NCBI GenBank assembly: GCA_905181635.1
Contig: CAJIYM010000004.1
Coordinates: 78,264 to 142,263, forward strand
Reading direction: 5' to 3'
DNA from: an uncultured Flavobacteriales bacterium
GTDB lineage: Bacteria > Bacteroidota > Bacteroidia > Flavobacteriales > BACL11
Length of the DNA: 64,000 nt
How positions within the stretch are numbered: the first letter of the stretch is position 1; each line of letters opens with the position of its first letter. The translations under genes and the position numbers were made by a program. The notes below the pieces were generated by a model, which was not told the origin of the DNA, did no database searches, and worked only from the letters and a program-made list of their open reading frames with translations. This document shows, one piece after another, positions 38,822 through 48,247 of the stretch.

Positions 38822-40911
38822 TAGGCCAATTCTAATTTAATAACACTTCCTTTAAAAAACTTTTTTCCTTTTGAAATTGATTGAGATTTAACTGCACCAC
38901 TTCCCTTTATTTTAACAATTAGTCCATACGATTCCAGCAAGTAAATAGCATCTTGAAGTCCCATTCCTCTTAAATCAGGCATATTGCCATTTCTCAAATC
39001 TCTTTCTACTTTTCTAACCTCCAATGACACCTCTTTTTTTGTAGTACTAGCAACCATCCATAGATCATCCGTCACTATTCTATTTATATCAAAATTTGCT
39101 AAAACATTATTTGCATCCTGAGTATGCCCTTGCTTCACTTTAGGTAAATTTACTAGTATATCTGATTGCTGCAGAGCCTTATGAATACTCATATCAGAAG
39201 CATATACCTTGTCAGCCAACTTCTTAAATATTGGAGCCGCAACAGAGCCACCATAATGTCCATTTTCTCTTGGATTATTTATCACAACTATACAAGAGTA
39301 CCTTGGATTGTCAGCAGGAAAGAAGCCAGCAAAAGAAGCTTGATATTCCTTTTCTTCCCCCTTACCTCTATTATTAAAATTAATTACTGTAGTACCCGTT
39401 TTACCAGCAATTAGGTAATTACTTGTTCTGATATTTTTAGCTGTTCCTTCTTCTACAACACCAATTAGTAAAGGTATTACTGTTTTAATTGTAGATCTTG
39501 AACAGATTGCAGGATTTATTACTTGAGTATTATGCTTTTTAATTATTTTTCCGTCACGACTAATAGCTGATGTAAAAATTGGCTTCACCATTTTCCCTTG
39601 ATTCGCAATGGCATTGTAAAAAGTAAGCATATGTATTGGAGTCAACTGCATTTCATATCCTATCGACATCCAGGGCAGTGTTACACCTGACCATCCTCCC
39701 TTGTTTGCAATAGGAGATTTTAAATTATTAGGAAAAGGTAGTTCCAATTCCAAAGCAGTACTTAAACCCATCTTATAAATCCTATCAGTAAATGCGTTAG
39801 GATTACTTTTATAGTTATCAAAAATGATACGAGAAATACCAACATTGGAGGAGTTTATAAATGCATTTTTAATTGTAATATTATCATATAAACCTAATTT
39901 AGAATCCATCATCACTCTATCATAGAAAGAAAACTTTCCACCATGAGTTCTAACAGAATCTTCAACTTTAAAAAATCCATCTTCTAATCCTGCAATTACA
40001 GAAGCTAACTTAAATGTTGAACCTGGAGAAACATGCTTTGCCATAGCGTAATTAAAGCTTTCTCTCACGCTACCATCTGCTTGTTTTTTAAGATTAGCTA
40101 TCACTTTCACTTTACCAGTTTTAACCTCCATCAACACTACACAACCCCAGTCTGCATTATTATTAATCAGTGTGTTTTCCAATGCTTTTTCTGCTACATC
40201 TTGCATATCCGTATTAATAGTTGTGACCACATCATTACCTGCTCTAGGTAATCTATTACCTTCTGCATCTTGTGGTACCCAAATTCCTTTTGCAATTTTT
40301 CTTTTAAGATGTACTCCATCAATACCTGAAAGAGTTTGATTAAACGCCCTTTCTATTCCCACAGGGTTAACACCTCTTAACACTCCAACAGTCCTTTGGG
40401 CTAGCAAACCAAATGGTTTTTCTCTATTAGGCCTTTGCTCAGCAATTAATCCTCCTTTATTTTGTCCCAAATATAGAATTGGCATTTTCTTTAAGGCATT
40501 TAGCTCATTATGAGTTACCTTATTTTGTAATAAAATATATTTATTTTTTTTAGTGTCTTTTGAACTTCTTAAAAACAATTCATATTCTTCATTAGTTTTG
40601 TCTTTAAATAAATCAGCTAACAAAACAGAAAGCTCAACAACATTCGTATTAAATAACTCCTTATTCATTACACTCATATCCAAATGCACATCATAAAGCG
40701 GCATAGAAATTGCCAGCAAAGCACCATCATCAGCAATAATATTTCCTCTAGGGGCTTCAACTTTAAAATATCTTGGCTGACTAGCTGTATTAATTGCTTC
40801 ACTAAACTGCTGAACTTTTACTATTTGAGCAACTACACCAATTGCAATAAACACTATAACAATATACAGTACCGTTATTCTATTATTAGTATTTTTTACT
40901 TTCTTAATCAT
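38821..40911 (-). CDS. ftsI: Penicillin-binding protein 3 / FtsI transpeptidase with C-terminal PASTA domain
   Basis: N-terminal TM helix, SPGSTFK (SxxK), SSN, KTGT motifs, and a C-terminal PDLRGMGLQDAIYLLESYGLIVKIKGSG PASTA-like domain. 696 aa. Confidence 0.92.
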   Translation of the reverse strand: MIKKVKNTNNRITVLYIVIVFIAIGVVAQIVKVQQFSEAINTASQPRYFKVEAPRGNIIADDGALLAISMPLYDVHLDMSVMNKELFNTNVVELSVLLADLFKDKTNEEYELFLRSSKDTKKNKYILLQNKVTHNELNALKKMPILYLGQNKGGLIAEQRPNREKPFGLLAQRTVGVLRGVNPVGIERAFNQTLSGIDGVHLKRKIAKGIWVPQDAEGNRLPRAGNDVVTTINTDMQDVAEKALENTLINNNADWGCVVLMEVKTGKVKVIANLKKQADGSVRESFNYAMAKHVSPGSTFKLASVIAGLEDGFFKVEDSVRTHGGKFSFYDRVMMDSKLGLYDNITIKNAFINSSNVGISRIIFDNYKSNPNAFTDRIYKMGLSTALELELPFPNNLKSPIANKGGWSGVTLPWMSIGYEMQLTPIHMLTFYNAIANQGKMVKPIFTSAISRDGKIIKKHNTQVINPAICSRSTIKTVIPLLIGVVEEGTAKNIRTSNYLIAGKTGTTVINFNNRGKGEEKEYQASFAGFFPADNPRYSCIVVINNPRENGHYGGSVAAPIFKKLADKVYASDMSIHKALQQSDILVNLPKVKQGHTQDANNVLANFDINRIVTDDLWMVASTTKKEVSLEVRKVERDLRNGNMPDLRGMGLQDAIYLLESYGLIVKIKGSGAVKSQSISKGKKFFKGSVIKLELA

Positions 40912-41236
40912 TTATTACTTTAATAATAACTGGCGGAGTTAAAGATGTTACTAGGCCCTTATCTGCAACAATATGCTCTATAGCAGTCCTTCTATACATA
41001 CTCATCAAGTCTGACTTTGTAGTAATATAGACTAACCGCAAATCAGCGACCTCTCTTTCTAAAGAGATAGATTCTTTTAGTAAGTGCTCTGCACGAAAAG
41101 AAATTCTAATATTTAACAATACTAACAACACAATAAACAACAAAAACGGAATGTATTTTTGGTTTCCCTGATCGGCAATAAACTCTCCTCTCAATATAGA
41201 CAGTAATGAACTTGTATTTTCTTTGACAACACTCAT
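40904..41236 (-). CDS. ftsL: FtsL-like cell division protein
   Basis: 110 aa, single TM helix (IPFLLFIVLLVLLNI) followed by a coiled segment. Position between rsmH and ftsI. Confidence 0.7.
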   Translation of the reverse strand: MSVVKENTSSLLSILRGEFIADQGNQKYIPFLLFIVLLVLLNIRISFRAEHLLKESISLEREVADLRLVYITTKSDLMSMYRRTAIEHIVADKGLVTSLTPPVIIKVIND

Positions 41237-42142
41237 TTATTCTTTTTCGGCTATTCTTAATTTCGCACTTCTAGCTCTATTATTTTCAGTTATCTGTTCT
41301 TTACTTGCTACTATTACTTTTCGAGTAATTTCTTTTAAATCTTTAATCGGATTTCCGAAAAAATCTTTTTCTAAAACTCCTTCAATATTCCCTTTTTTCA
41401 TTAAGTTTTTAACCATTCTATCTTCTAATGAGTGATATGATATTACAACTAAACGACCGCCCACATTCAGCATATCTACAGCATCTAAAAGCATCTCCTG
41501 TAAAGCCTTCATCTCATCATTCACTTCAATACGGATAGCTTGAAAAATACGCGCCAAAAACTGATTTCTATTTTTCTCAGGAACCATATGCCCTACCACA
41601 TCAATTAATTGTTTGGTAGTAACAATAATTTCAATTTCTCTTGCGATTACAATAGCTTTTGCAATAGCTCTTGAATTTCTGAGTTCACCATATTTAAATA
41701 AGATGTTAGCTAAATCCTGCTGAACATATTCATTCACCACCTGTTTTGCTGACAAAGGAGAACTTGTATTCATTCTCATATCCAATTCTCCATCAAAGCG
41801 AATAGAGAAACCTCTTTCCGAAATATCAAACTGATGAGAAGAAACACCTAAATCAGCCAATAAACCATCAATTTTTCGCACTCCCTCCATTCTTAAAAAA
41901 TTTTTTAAATGTCTGAAATTGGCATTTATTAGCTTAAAATCATCTTCAAATAAAGCGTTTTCTTGAGCATTTTTATCTTGATCAAAAGCATACAGCCTTC
42001 CTCCAACAAGTTTTTTTAGAATCAATTTAGAATGTCCACCGCCGCCAAAAGTAACATCAACATAAATTCCTGCAGGCTTAATGTTTAACCCTTCAATACA
42101 TTCGTTTAATAATACTGGATTATGATATTCCATCTGTCTCAT
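41237..42142 (-). CDS. rsmH: 16S rRNA (cytosine1402-N4)-methyltransferase
   Basis: YHNPVLLNECIEGL, DVTFGGGGHS, DLGVSSHQFD. The start could also be the ATG at 42133 (MEYHNPVLL). Confidence 0.94.
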   Translation of the reverse strand: MRQMEYHNPVLLNECIEGLNIKPAGIYVDVTFGGGGHSKLILKKLVGGRLYAFDQDKNAQENALFEDDFKLINANFRHLKNFLRMEGVRKIDGLLADLGVSSHQFDISERGFSIRFDGELDMRMNTSSPLSAKQVVNEYVQQDLANILFKYGELRNSRAIAKAIVIAREIEIIVTTKQLIDVVGHMVPEKNRNQFLARIFQAIRIEVNDEMKALQEMLLDAVDMLNVGGRLVVISYHSLEDRMVKNLMKKGNIEGVLEKDFFGNPIKDLKEITRKVIVASKEQITENNRARSAKLRIAEKE

Positions 42143-42596
42143 TTTGAGGCTGATTACCCATCACATCCTCAGCAAGATCACCAAAATCCACCAAGGTCTC
42201 GGCTACAGAATCCTCATACTTATCTTTATCCCAAATCTCAATCATATTTACAGAAGATGACAATACCAATTCCTTATGCAAATCAGCAAAACCAAACAAA
42301 TCTTTAGGAATTAAAAATCGACCAGCGCCATCAACTTCCACAACCTTCAAACCCGACATATACGATCTTATAAAATCATTATTCTTTTTAACAAATCGAT
42401 TTAACTTATTTACCTGAGCAACCATTTTTTCCCATTCTGACATGGGGTGTATTTCCAGACATTTATTGAATACTGATCTTTTAATCACAAACCCATCTCC
42501 TAATACATTTTTCAATTGCTTTTTCAGGGCAGCAGGAAACATAACACGCCCTTTGGCGTCCGCTTTACATTCGTATGTCCCTATAACATTTATCAA
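42120..42596 (-). CDS. mraZ: Transcriptional regulator MraZ
   Basis: IGTYECKADAKGRVMFPAALKKQL and a second DGAGRFLIPKDL SpoVT-AbrB repeat. TTG start as listed in the ORF track. Confidence 0.92.
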   Translation of the reverse strand: MINVIGTYECKADAKGRVMFPAALKKQLKNVLGDGFVIKRSVFNKCLEIHPMSEWEKMVAQVNKLNRFVKKNNDFIRSYMSGLKVVEVDGAGRFLIPKDLFGFADLHKELVLSSSVNMIEIWDKDKYEDSVAETLVDFGDLAEDVMGNQPQNETDGIS

Positions 42597-42637
42597 TTTA
42601 ATTTACTTTGAATCTGGGTGCTAATATAGCCATAAAT

Positions 42638-42683
42638 CCCACTTTATCCCACTATATACCACTTTGTTGATAACTTAACCCAC
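42638..42683 (-). promoter_or_regulatory. Candidate MraZ operator: phased GTGG(G/T) direct repeats upstream of mraZ
   Basis: Plus strand shows CCCAC at 42638, 42648 and 42679, and ACCAC at 42658. On the mraZ strand this reads GTGGG-N16-GTGGT-N5-GTGGG-N5-GTGGG, with exact 10-bp phasing for three copies, 42-87 nt upstream of the start codon. Confidence 0.65.
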
Positions 42684-42768
42684 TAAATACAATTTCTAGT
42701 GTATTTCACTCCTGTTATTGTGATTAAGAAATATTTTCGTTTCTTTGTAAATTAAAATCAGAACTTAT

Positions 42769-43521
42769 ATGGTTAAGAAGGAAGGTAAATTCAAATGGCT
42801 TGAAGAAGGAGAAGGAGGAAGGCCTATCATACTATTACATGGTTTAATGGGTGGAGTTGAAAACTTTGGCGAAATGGTTGATTTCATCTCTGAAGAATAT
42901 AAAGTTTATGGCTTGGACTTGAAACTTTTTGAAGGAAGTATACTTAAGGTTTCTGTAAAATCATTAAGCGATTACCTATACGAATTTATGAATCATCTTG
43001 AACTTTCATCAGCAATATTGCTTGGAAATTCAATGGGAGGGCATATTGCCCTTATCTTTTCCAAAGAACACCCTGATATGGTAGACGGGATGGTACTAAC
43101 AGGTAGTTCAGGGTTATACGAAAGTGCAATGGGAGATTCATTTCCAAGAAGAGGAGATAAAGACTATATAAGAACAAAAACGGAAGAAGTATTTTACAAT
43201 CCCACAGTAGCAACTGATGAATTAGTTGACAGAGTATTTGAAATTGCAAATAATCGAGTCTCTATACTAAGACTATTAGGATATGCCAAATCAGCAATAA
43301 GACATAATATGGCAGAGGACTTACCAAAATTTAAGATGCCTGTTTGTTTAATTTGGGGAGAGCACGATAAAGTAACCCCTCCTAATGTTGCTAATGAGTT
43401 TCATAAATTATTACCAAATTCCGAACTACATTGGATACCACTATGTGGACATGCCGCTATGTGGGAGCACCCTGAAGAATTCAGTAAAATTGTACTGAAA
43501 TTCTTAAGCAATAAATTTTAA
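42769..43521 (+). CDS. Alpha/beta-fold hydrolase
   Basis: ILLHGLMGG oxyanion region, GNSMGG nucleophile elbow, C-terminal CGHAAMWEHP. Confidence 0.85.
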   Translation: MVKKEGKFKWLEEGEGGRPIILLHGLMGGVENFGEMVDFISEEYKVYGLDLKLFEGSILKVSVKSLSDYLYEFMNHLELSSAILLGNSMGGHIALIFSKEHPDMVDGMVLTGSSGLYESAMGDSFPRRGDKDYIRTKTEEVFYNPTVATDELVDRVFEIANNRVSILRLLGYAKSAIRHNMAEDLPKFKMPVCLIWGEHDKVTPPNVANEFHKLLPNSELHWIPLCGHAAMWEHPEEFSKIVLKFLSNKF

Positions 43522-43527
43522 ACAATC

Positions 43528-44136
43528 ATGAAAATCAAAACTGCTAAGTTTGTAATTAGTAATACTGATTACAAAACATGTCCTGCGCCCAAAATGGCAG
43601 AATACGCTTTTATTGGAAGATCTAATGTTGGAAAATCTTCTTTAATAAATGCTTTAGTAAACCATAAAAATCTAGCTAAAACTTCCGGAAGACCAGGAAA
43701 AACTCAGCTAATCAATCATTTTATTATCAATAATGAATGGTATTTAGTGGATTTACCAGGATTTGGGTACGCAAAAGTTCCAAAAGCAATACGAGCAGAA
43801 TTTCATGATATGATAAGCGAATATTTACTTAATAGAACTAATCTAATGTGTCTATTTGTATTAATTGACTCTAGACATAAACCTCAAACGATTGACCAGG
43901 AATTTATGCATTGGCTAGCTGAAAAAAGCATTCCTTTTATAATGATATTTACAAAATCTGATAAATTAGGAAAAGTAGAGCTTGCTAAAAATATTGAATC
44001 TTATAAAGTTGAAATGAAAAAGACCTGGCAGGAATTACCGAAGATGTTCGTTACCTCAGCTGAAAAGAGAACAGGAACAACTGAAATTGCTAATTTGATT
44101 GAAAGCCTGAACCCTCAGTTTAAGGAGATTATTTAG
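43528..44136 (+). CDS. engB: Ribosome biogenesis GTP-binding protein YsxC/EngB
   Basis: GRSNVGKSSLINAL (G1), DLPGFGYA (G3), TKSDK (G4). 202 aa. Confidence 0.92.
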   Translation: MKIKTAKFVISNTDYKTCPAPKMAEYAFIGRSNVGKSSLINALVNHKNLAKTSGRPGKTQLINHFIINNEWYLVDLPGFGYAKVPKAIRAEFHDMISEYLLNRTNLMCLFVLIDSRHKPQTIDQEFMHWLAEKSIPFIMIFTKSDKLGKVELAKNIESYKVEMKKTWQELPKMFVTSAEKRTGTTEIANLIESLNPQFKEII

Positions 44137-44458
44137 CTCCTTTTATTTTTGTTTCTTCCGCAAAAAACTCACAATAATCACGCAGAGCACCTGCCAATTT
44201 ATCATGTCCTGTTGCACGTTCCAAAGTAGAAGCCATACCAATCATAGTCTGATGATACATAATAAACATTTCATTAACAGGCATATCCTGAGTCCAAAGA
44301 TCAATACGCAAAGTTTCTTTAGTTTTAGCCGCCCAAGCAGACACCATTATAGCCTTTATGTCTTTCTCACTTGCAGCAGCATCACTTGCGTGCATTTCAA
44401 TATTTTTAGGTAAATTATTATCGTCTAACTCGATTTCAAATTTTAAAGTCTGTTTCAT
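44129..44458 (-). CDS. gldC: Gliding motility-associated protein GldC
   Basis: 109 aa. KAIMVSAWAAKTKETLRIDLWTQDMPVNEM and ALRDYCEFFAEE match the GldC pattern as I remember it. Immediately downstream of gldB. Confidence 0.8.
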   Translation of the reverse strand: MKQTLKFEIELDDNNLPKNIEMHASDAAASEKDIKAIMVSAWAAKTKETLRIDLWTQDMPVNEMFIMYHQTMIGMASTLERATGHDKLAGALRDYCEFFAEETKIKGAK

Positions 44459-44462
44459 TTCT

Positions 44463-45443
44463 CTATTTTGTAGGTTTATATTTTGATTGCTGCAAAAACT
44501 TTCGTGAGTCTGTCAAATACATCAGCTCCTCAACATCAATTCTATTATTCTCCATATACTCATTTACCATTTTATAACCAATATAGTAAGCAACCCTTCC
44601 AGGTGCTTCAGCAGGCATTCCTTTAGCGAAAGGAGCATAATCAATAAAAGTTCTGTATTTCTGCTCATCCTTAGAAAACAATAAATCCTCATTTACAATA
44701 TACTGCCAAATACTTGCCTCATTTTCTACTACCCAATTCATTTGCTCAATTGTAAAACGAAATTTATTCTCAATAAGTAGTTCAGGCAACATTTTATCGA
44801 TACAATACATAATCTTACCTTTATAGATCAGCTGAGAAAGCAAATCCCTACCATCTAAATATTGTTGAAAATACTCATTTAACCAAACCTCCATTACGTT
44901 GGAGGAAATAAACTTCTTTTGTTTTTGAAAACGCAAATACTGAGGACTACCTAGCAACTGATAATACTTACTATTTTCACCTAAAAAATTTTCCAGACCG
45001 ATAGCAATATTATCATCATAAGTAACTACACCATAGTTAAATCCACCAAAAAAAGTAGTTATTTCAGGAATAGGATAAGATGGGAAATAATCAGAAAACT
45101 GCCAAAAAGCAAATTCCAATTCTTTTTCGAAAGCTGTAAAATCAGCAAATAAAATAGTAACACTATCATAAGCCTCCCTCATATCTTTATGGTGAGTAAA
45201 ATCAAGTAGTTCTTGTAAATACTGCTTATTAGTTAAATTGCCTTTTTGCATTATTTGAGAAGAAAATACTTCATTAAATGTTCCAAAATTCTTTTCTAAT
45301 TCTACAGAAATATTATCAATATTTTCCTCATTAATTAAAAACAAAGCTCGGTCAAATCTATTTATTTTAAGATCCAGCTTTTCCCTGTTAGTTGTACAAG
45401 AAAGTAATACTAAAATTACCAGAAAGAAGACTATTCGATTCAT
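44463..45443 (-). CDS. gldB: Gliding motility lipoprotein GldB
   Basis: MNRIVFFLVILVLLSC lipoprotein signal from the ATG at 45443; the ORF-track start at 45482 adds 13 non-signal residues. Size and the gldB-gldC pairing with divergent nadE fit flavobacterial synteny. Confidence 0.8.
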   Translation of the reverse strand: MNRIVFFLVILVLLSCTTNREKLDLKINRFDRALFLINEENIDNISVELEKNFGTFNEVFSSQIMQKGNLTNKQYLQELLDFTHHKDMREAYDSVTILFADFTAFEKELEFAFWQFSDYFPSYPIPEITTFFGGFNYGVVTYDDNIAIGLENFLGENSKYYQLLGSPQYLRFQKQKKFISSNVMEVWLNEYFQQYLDGRDLLSQLIYKGKIMYCIDKMLPELLIENKFRFTIEQMNWVVENEASIWQYIVNEDLLFSKDEQKYRTFIDYAPFAKGMPAEAPGRVAYYIGYKMVNEYMENNRIDVEELMYLTDSRKFLQQSKYKPTK

Positions 45444-45467
45444 CTGGCAAATTAAGAAGTTTTCTTT

Positions 45468-45475
45468 TACATTTG
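45468..45475 (+). promoter_or_regulatory. Candidate Bacteroidota -7 box (TAnnTTTG) for nadE
   Basis: TACATTTG ends 8 nt before the nadE ATG, within the 40-bp gldB/nadE divergent spacer. Confidence 0.3.
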
Positions 45476-45483
45476 CAAACATT

Positions 45484-46257
45484 ATGCAAACTACAGCAAT
45501 AATAAATTATATTAGACACTGGCTAAAAGCTTATGTTAAGAGTTCAGCAGTAAAAGGTTTTGTAATTGGGATATCAGGTGGTATTGACTCAGCAGTTACA
45601 TCAACAATTGCAGCCAAAACAGGATTGCCTTTGCTTTGTTTAGAAATGCCTATACATCAAAATAAAATACAAGCAGAAAGAGGTTTAAAGCATATCGCTT
45701 GGTTAAAAGAAAGTTTTGACAATGTTAGCACTATAGAATTACAATTATCTTCAGTTTTTGATAGTTTCTGTAGTGAACTACCTAAAAATGAAATTCAAAA
45801 TGAACTAGCTTTAGTAAACACCCGAGCAAGATTAAGAATGACTACTCTTTATTATTTCGCGCAAAGCAACCACTCGCTTGTATTAGGAACAGGCAATAAA
45901 GTAGAGGATTTTGGCATTGGCTTCTTTACAAAATATGGTGATGGAGGAGTTGATATTAGTCCTATTGCTGATTTATTAAAAACAGAAATATTTGCAATTG
46001 GGAAAGTTTTAGGCATAAATAATGAAATCTTAACAGCAGCCCCAACAGACGGACTTTGGGGAGATAATAAAACTGATGAAGAACAAATAGGCGCAAGCTA
46101 CCCTGAATTAGAATGGGCAATGGCATTTAATGAGGATACTGATTCCCTATCGAAAAGAGAGAAACAAGTACTCCAAATTTACACCAAACTCAACAGAGAA
46201 AACAAGCACAAAATGAACGCTATACCCATTTGCAAAATTCCAAAAAATCTTAAGTAA
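45484..46257 (+). CDS. nadE: NH3-dependent NAD+ synthetase
   Basis: GISGGIDSAV PP-loop. 257 aa. Confidence 0.92.
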   Translation: MQTTAIINYIRHWLKAYVKSSAVKGFVIGISGGIDSAVTSTIAAKTGLPLLCLEMPIHQNKIQAERGLKHIAWLKESFDNVSTIELQLSSVFDSFCSELPKNEIQNELALVNTRARLRMTTLYYFAQSNHSLVLGTGNKVEDFGIGFFTKYGDGGVDISPIADLLKTEIFAIGKVLGINNEILTAAPTDGLWGDNKTDEEQIGASYPELEWAMAFNEDTDSLSKREKQVLQIYTKLNRENKHKMNAIPICKIPKNLK

Positions 46258-46302
46258 TTAATTTTATTAACTTAGCAAATTACTAATCAAAAAAATAAAA
46301 TT

Positions 46303-46569
46303 ATGGGAAATATTGAAAAACCATTAACTTGGGTACTTGTTGTTGTTTCATTAGGTTTATTGTTTATAGCAAATTATAAAAATTTAGATTTAGGATTTGA
46401 AAACGGTATTTATGACATCTCTATAAACGAGAGCGAAGTAGGCATAAAAACTGGTAATCCGCCAGAAGATATTAACCTAAATATAGATAGCATAGTAGAT
46501 GCAGTACTTGAAAATATTGACATGGAATTAGGAACAGATACTCTAATTAAAATTAACTCAGCAGACTAA
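46303..46569 (+). CDS. Hypothetical small membrane-anchored acidic protein
   Basis: 88 aa. One TM helix (LTWVLVVVSLGLLFIA), then a D/E/N-rich tail. No family recognised. Confidence 0.4.
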   Translation: MGNIEKPLTWVLVVVSLGLLFIANYKNLDLGFENGIYDISINESEVGIKTGNPPEDINLNIDSIVDAVLENIDMELGTDTLIKINSAD

Positions 46570-46605
46570 GTGAAAGCAAGATAAATCCTTATTTATAAAA
46601 CAAAT

Positions 46606-46640
46606 AAAAACCCATTCCTTTAGATTGGGTTTTTTATTTT
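46606..46640. terminator. Bidirectional hairpin terminator between convergent genes
   Basis: AAAAACCCA / TGGGTTTTT stem with an 11-nt loop, A-run before and T-run after. The 3' arm overlaps the lnt stop. Confidence 0.55.
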
Positions 46641-48214
46641 CTCAATCTCCCTTTCACAAACGCAATTATGAGTAGCATAGCGGATACAAAAACAGATAAT
46701 CTACCAATATAATCACCAAAAATACTGTAAAAAGTAATTTCATTATTAAGTAAAACCTTAGTATTAATACAGACAGCTTCATCCCATTTTGTACTTTCAA
46801 TCACATTACCATAAGGAGCAATAACACCTGATATTCCTGTATTAGCTGAACGAACAACCATCTTCCTTTGCTCAATAGCCCTAAGCCTTGCATAATCAAA
46901 ATGCTGCTTATAGCCTGCAGTATTTTTCCACCATCCATCATTAGTAATAATCACAATTAAGTTAGTATTTGCTTTTTGCAAATCACCATAAATACTTTCA
47001 TAACAAATAAGTGGCTGTATGCTTATTTCATTAACTTCAAGTTGACTAACTTTATTTTCAGTTCCTAAAGAGCCAGAAGTACCACCTAAATCCAACATTA
47101 AACCAGCCAATTTATCCAAAATCTTTGGGAAAGGAGTTTTTTCAGCTCCAGGAACTAACTTTGTTTTATGATACACTTGCACCTGTCCAGAATCAGGAAT
47201 AAAAACAGCAGAGTTATAGGCGTCATAAAAGATCTGCTCATTTCTAAGTTGGCGAGCAGTTACGGTTTTTTGCTCTCCATAAACAAACATTTTATAGCTT
47301 GAAGCTCCTACTAAAATATTCAAATTAGGAAATTGTTCTTGCAATTTCCTAAACGCTCTTACACTATAAGCTGCTTCCAATTTATTTTCCCAAATCCCCT
47401 CTTGCAATGCTGTTTCAGGACCAATTAAAAGCTGCGTATTCTGAGTTAATCTTGTTTTTGCTAAAACAATAAAATCAGTCAATTGCTGTTCGTAACCCAT
47501 ATTGAATTTATCAATATAAGGATCAATATTAGGCTGTACAATTACAATTTCATGTGTACCCTTTTCAGTTGTCAAAACCTTATTTTTTTCCAAATAAAAA
47601 GAAAATAATATAGGAAGTGTTACCGCAAGAAAAGTAAAAATCCATTTTCGTTTTCCTGACTTAACAGCCCAAGCTAACTTATCAAAGAAACCAGAATAGA
47701 CGCATTTTCTCCAAGCTTTAAATATTAAAACATTAACTAACAACACCCAAAGCGAACCACCCAAAACACCAGTATATTCATACCACTGAACAATACCAGG
47801 TACATTAGCGAAAACATTTCCAAGCGTTAGCCATGGCCATGACAAATCCCAATTAAGGTGTAGGTATTCAAAAGACAACCAGCAAACTATAAACGCCACA
47901 TAACCCAATCTTGGCTTTGTTGCCTTTTTAATTATATGAAAAATATAAAAAGTAAAAGCCATTAATAAAGAATTAAGCAAGAAAGCAAAAACAGAACCAA
48001 TAGCTGTAGCATGCCATACCCAATAAGTTGTAAATAGATTAAAAATAAGGAAAGAAAGATATCCATACCAAAAAACAGATTTTCCTTTTTCTGACCTCTC
48101 TTCTAACATTAATAAGGGAACAAAAGCAAAAAAGATAAGTGGAAAAACTCCGATTGAAGGCCAAGAAAATGCCAATAGTAATCCGCTGGATAATGCTGCA
48201 AGTAGTTTTTTCAT
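46634..48214 (-). CDS. lnt: Apolipoprotein N-acyltransferase
   Basis: N-terminal polytopic domain plus a CN-hydrolase domain (ICYESIY with catalytic Cys). MKKLLAALSSGLLLAFSWP start at 48214; an alternative ATG lies at 48235. Confidence 0.85.
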   Translation of the reverse strand: MKKLLAALSSGLLLAFSWPSIGVFPLIFFAFVPLLMLEERSEKGKSVFWYGYLSFLIFNLFTTYWVWHATAIGSVFAFLLNSLLMAFTFYIFHIIKKATKPRLGYVAFIVCWLSFEYLHLNWDLSWPWLTLGNVFANVPGIVQWYEYTGVLGGSLWVLLVNVLIFKAWRKCVYSGFFDKLAWAVKSGKRKWIFTFLAVTLPILFSFYLEKNKVLTTEKGTHEIVIVQPNIDPYIDKFNMGYEQQLTDFIVLAKTRLTQNTQLLIGPETALQEGIWENKLEAAYSVRAFRKLQEQFPNLNILVGASSYKMFVYGEQKTVTARQLRNEQIFYDAYNSAVFIPDSGQVQVYHKTKLVPGAEKTPFPKILDKLAGLMLDLGGTSGSLGTENKVSQLEVNEISIQPLICYESIYGDLQKANTNLIVIITNDGWWKNTAGYKQHFDYARLRAIEQRKMVVRSANTGISGVIAPYGNVIESTKWDEAVCINTKVLLNNEITFYSIFGDYIGRLSVFVSAMLLIIAFVKGRLRK

Positions 48215-48247
48215 AATGGTTACAAATATTATCATATTTTTGCTGAT

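Noticed and set aside
44129-44136. Convergent engB and gldC overlap by 8 nt (TTATTTAG contains both stop codons), leaving no room for a terminator.
   Set aside because: Short convergent overlaps are common in compact genomes. No further structure or signal is seen, so I do not treat it as a regulatory feature.
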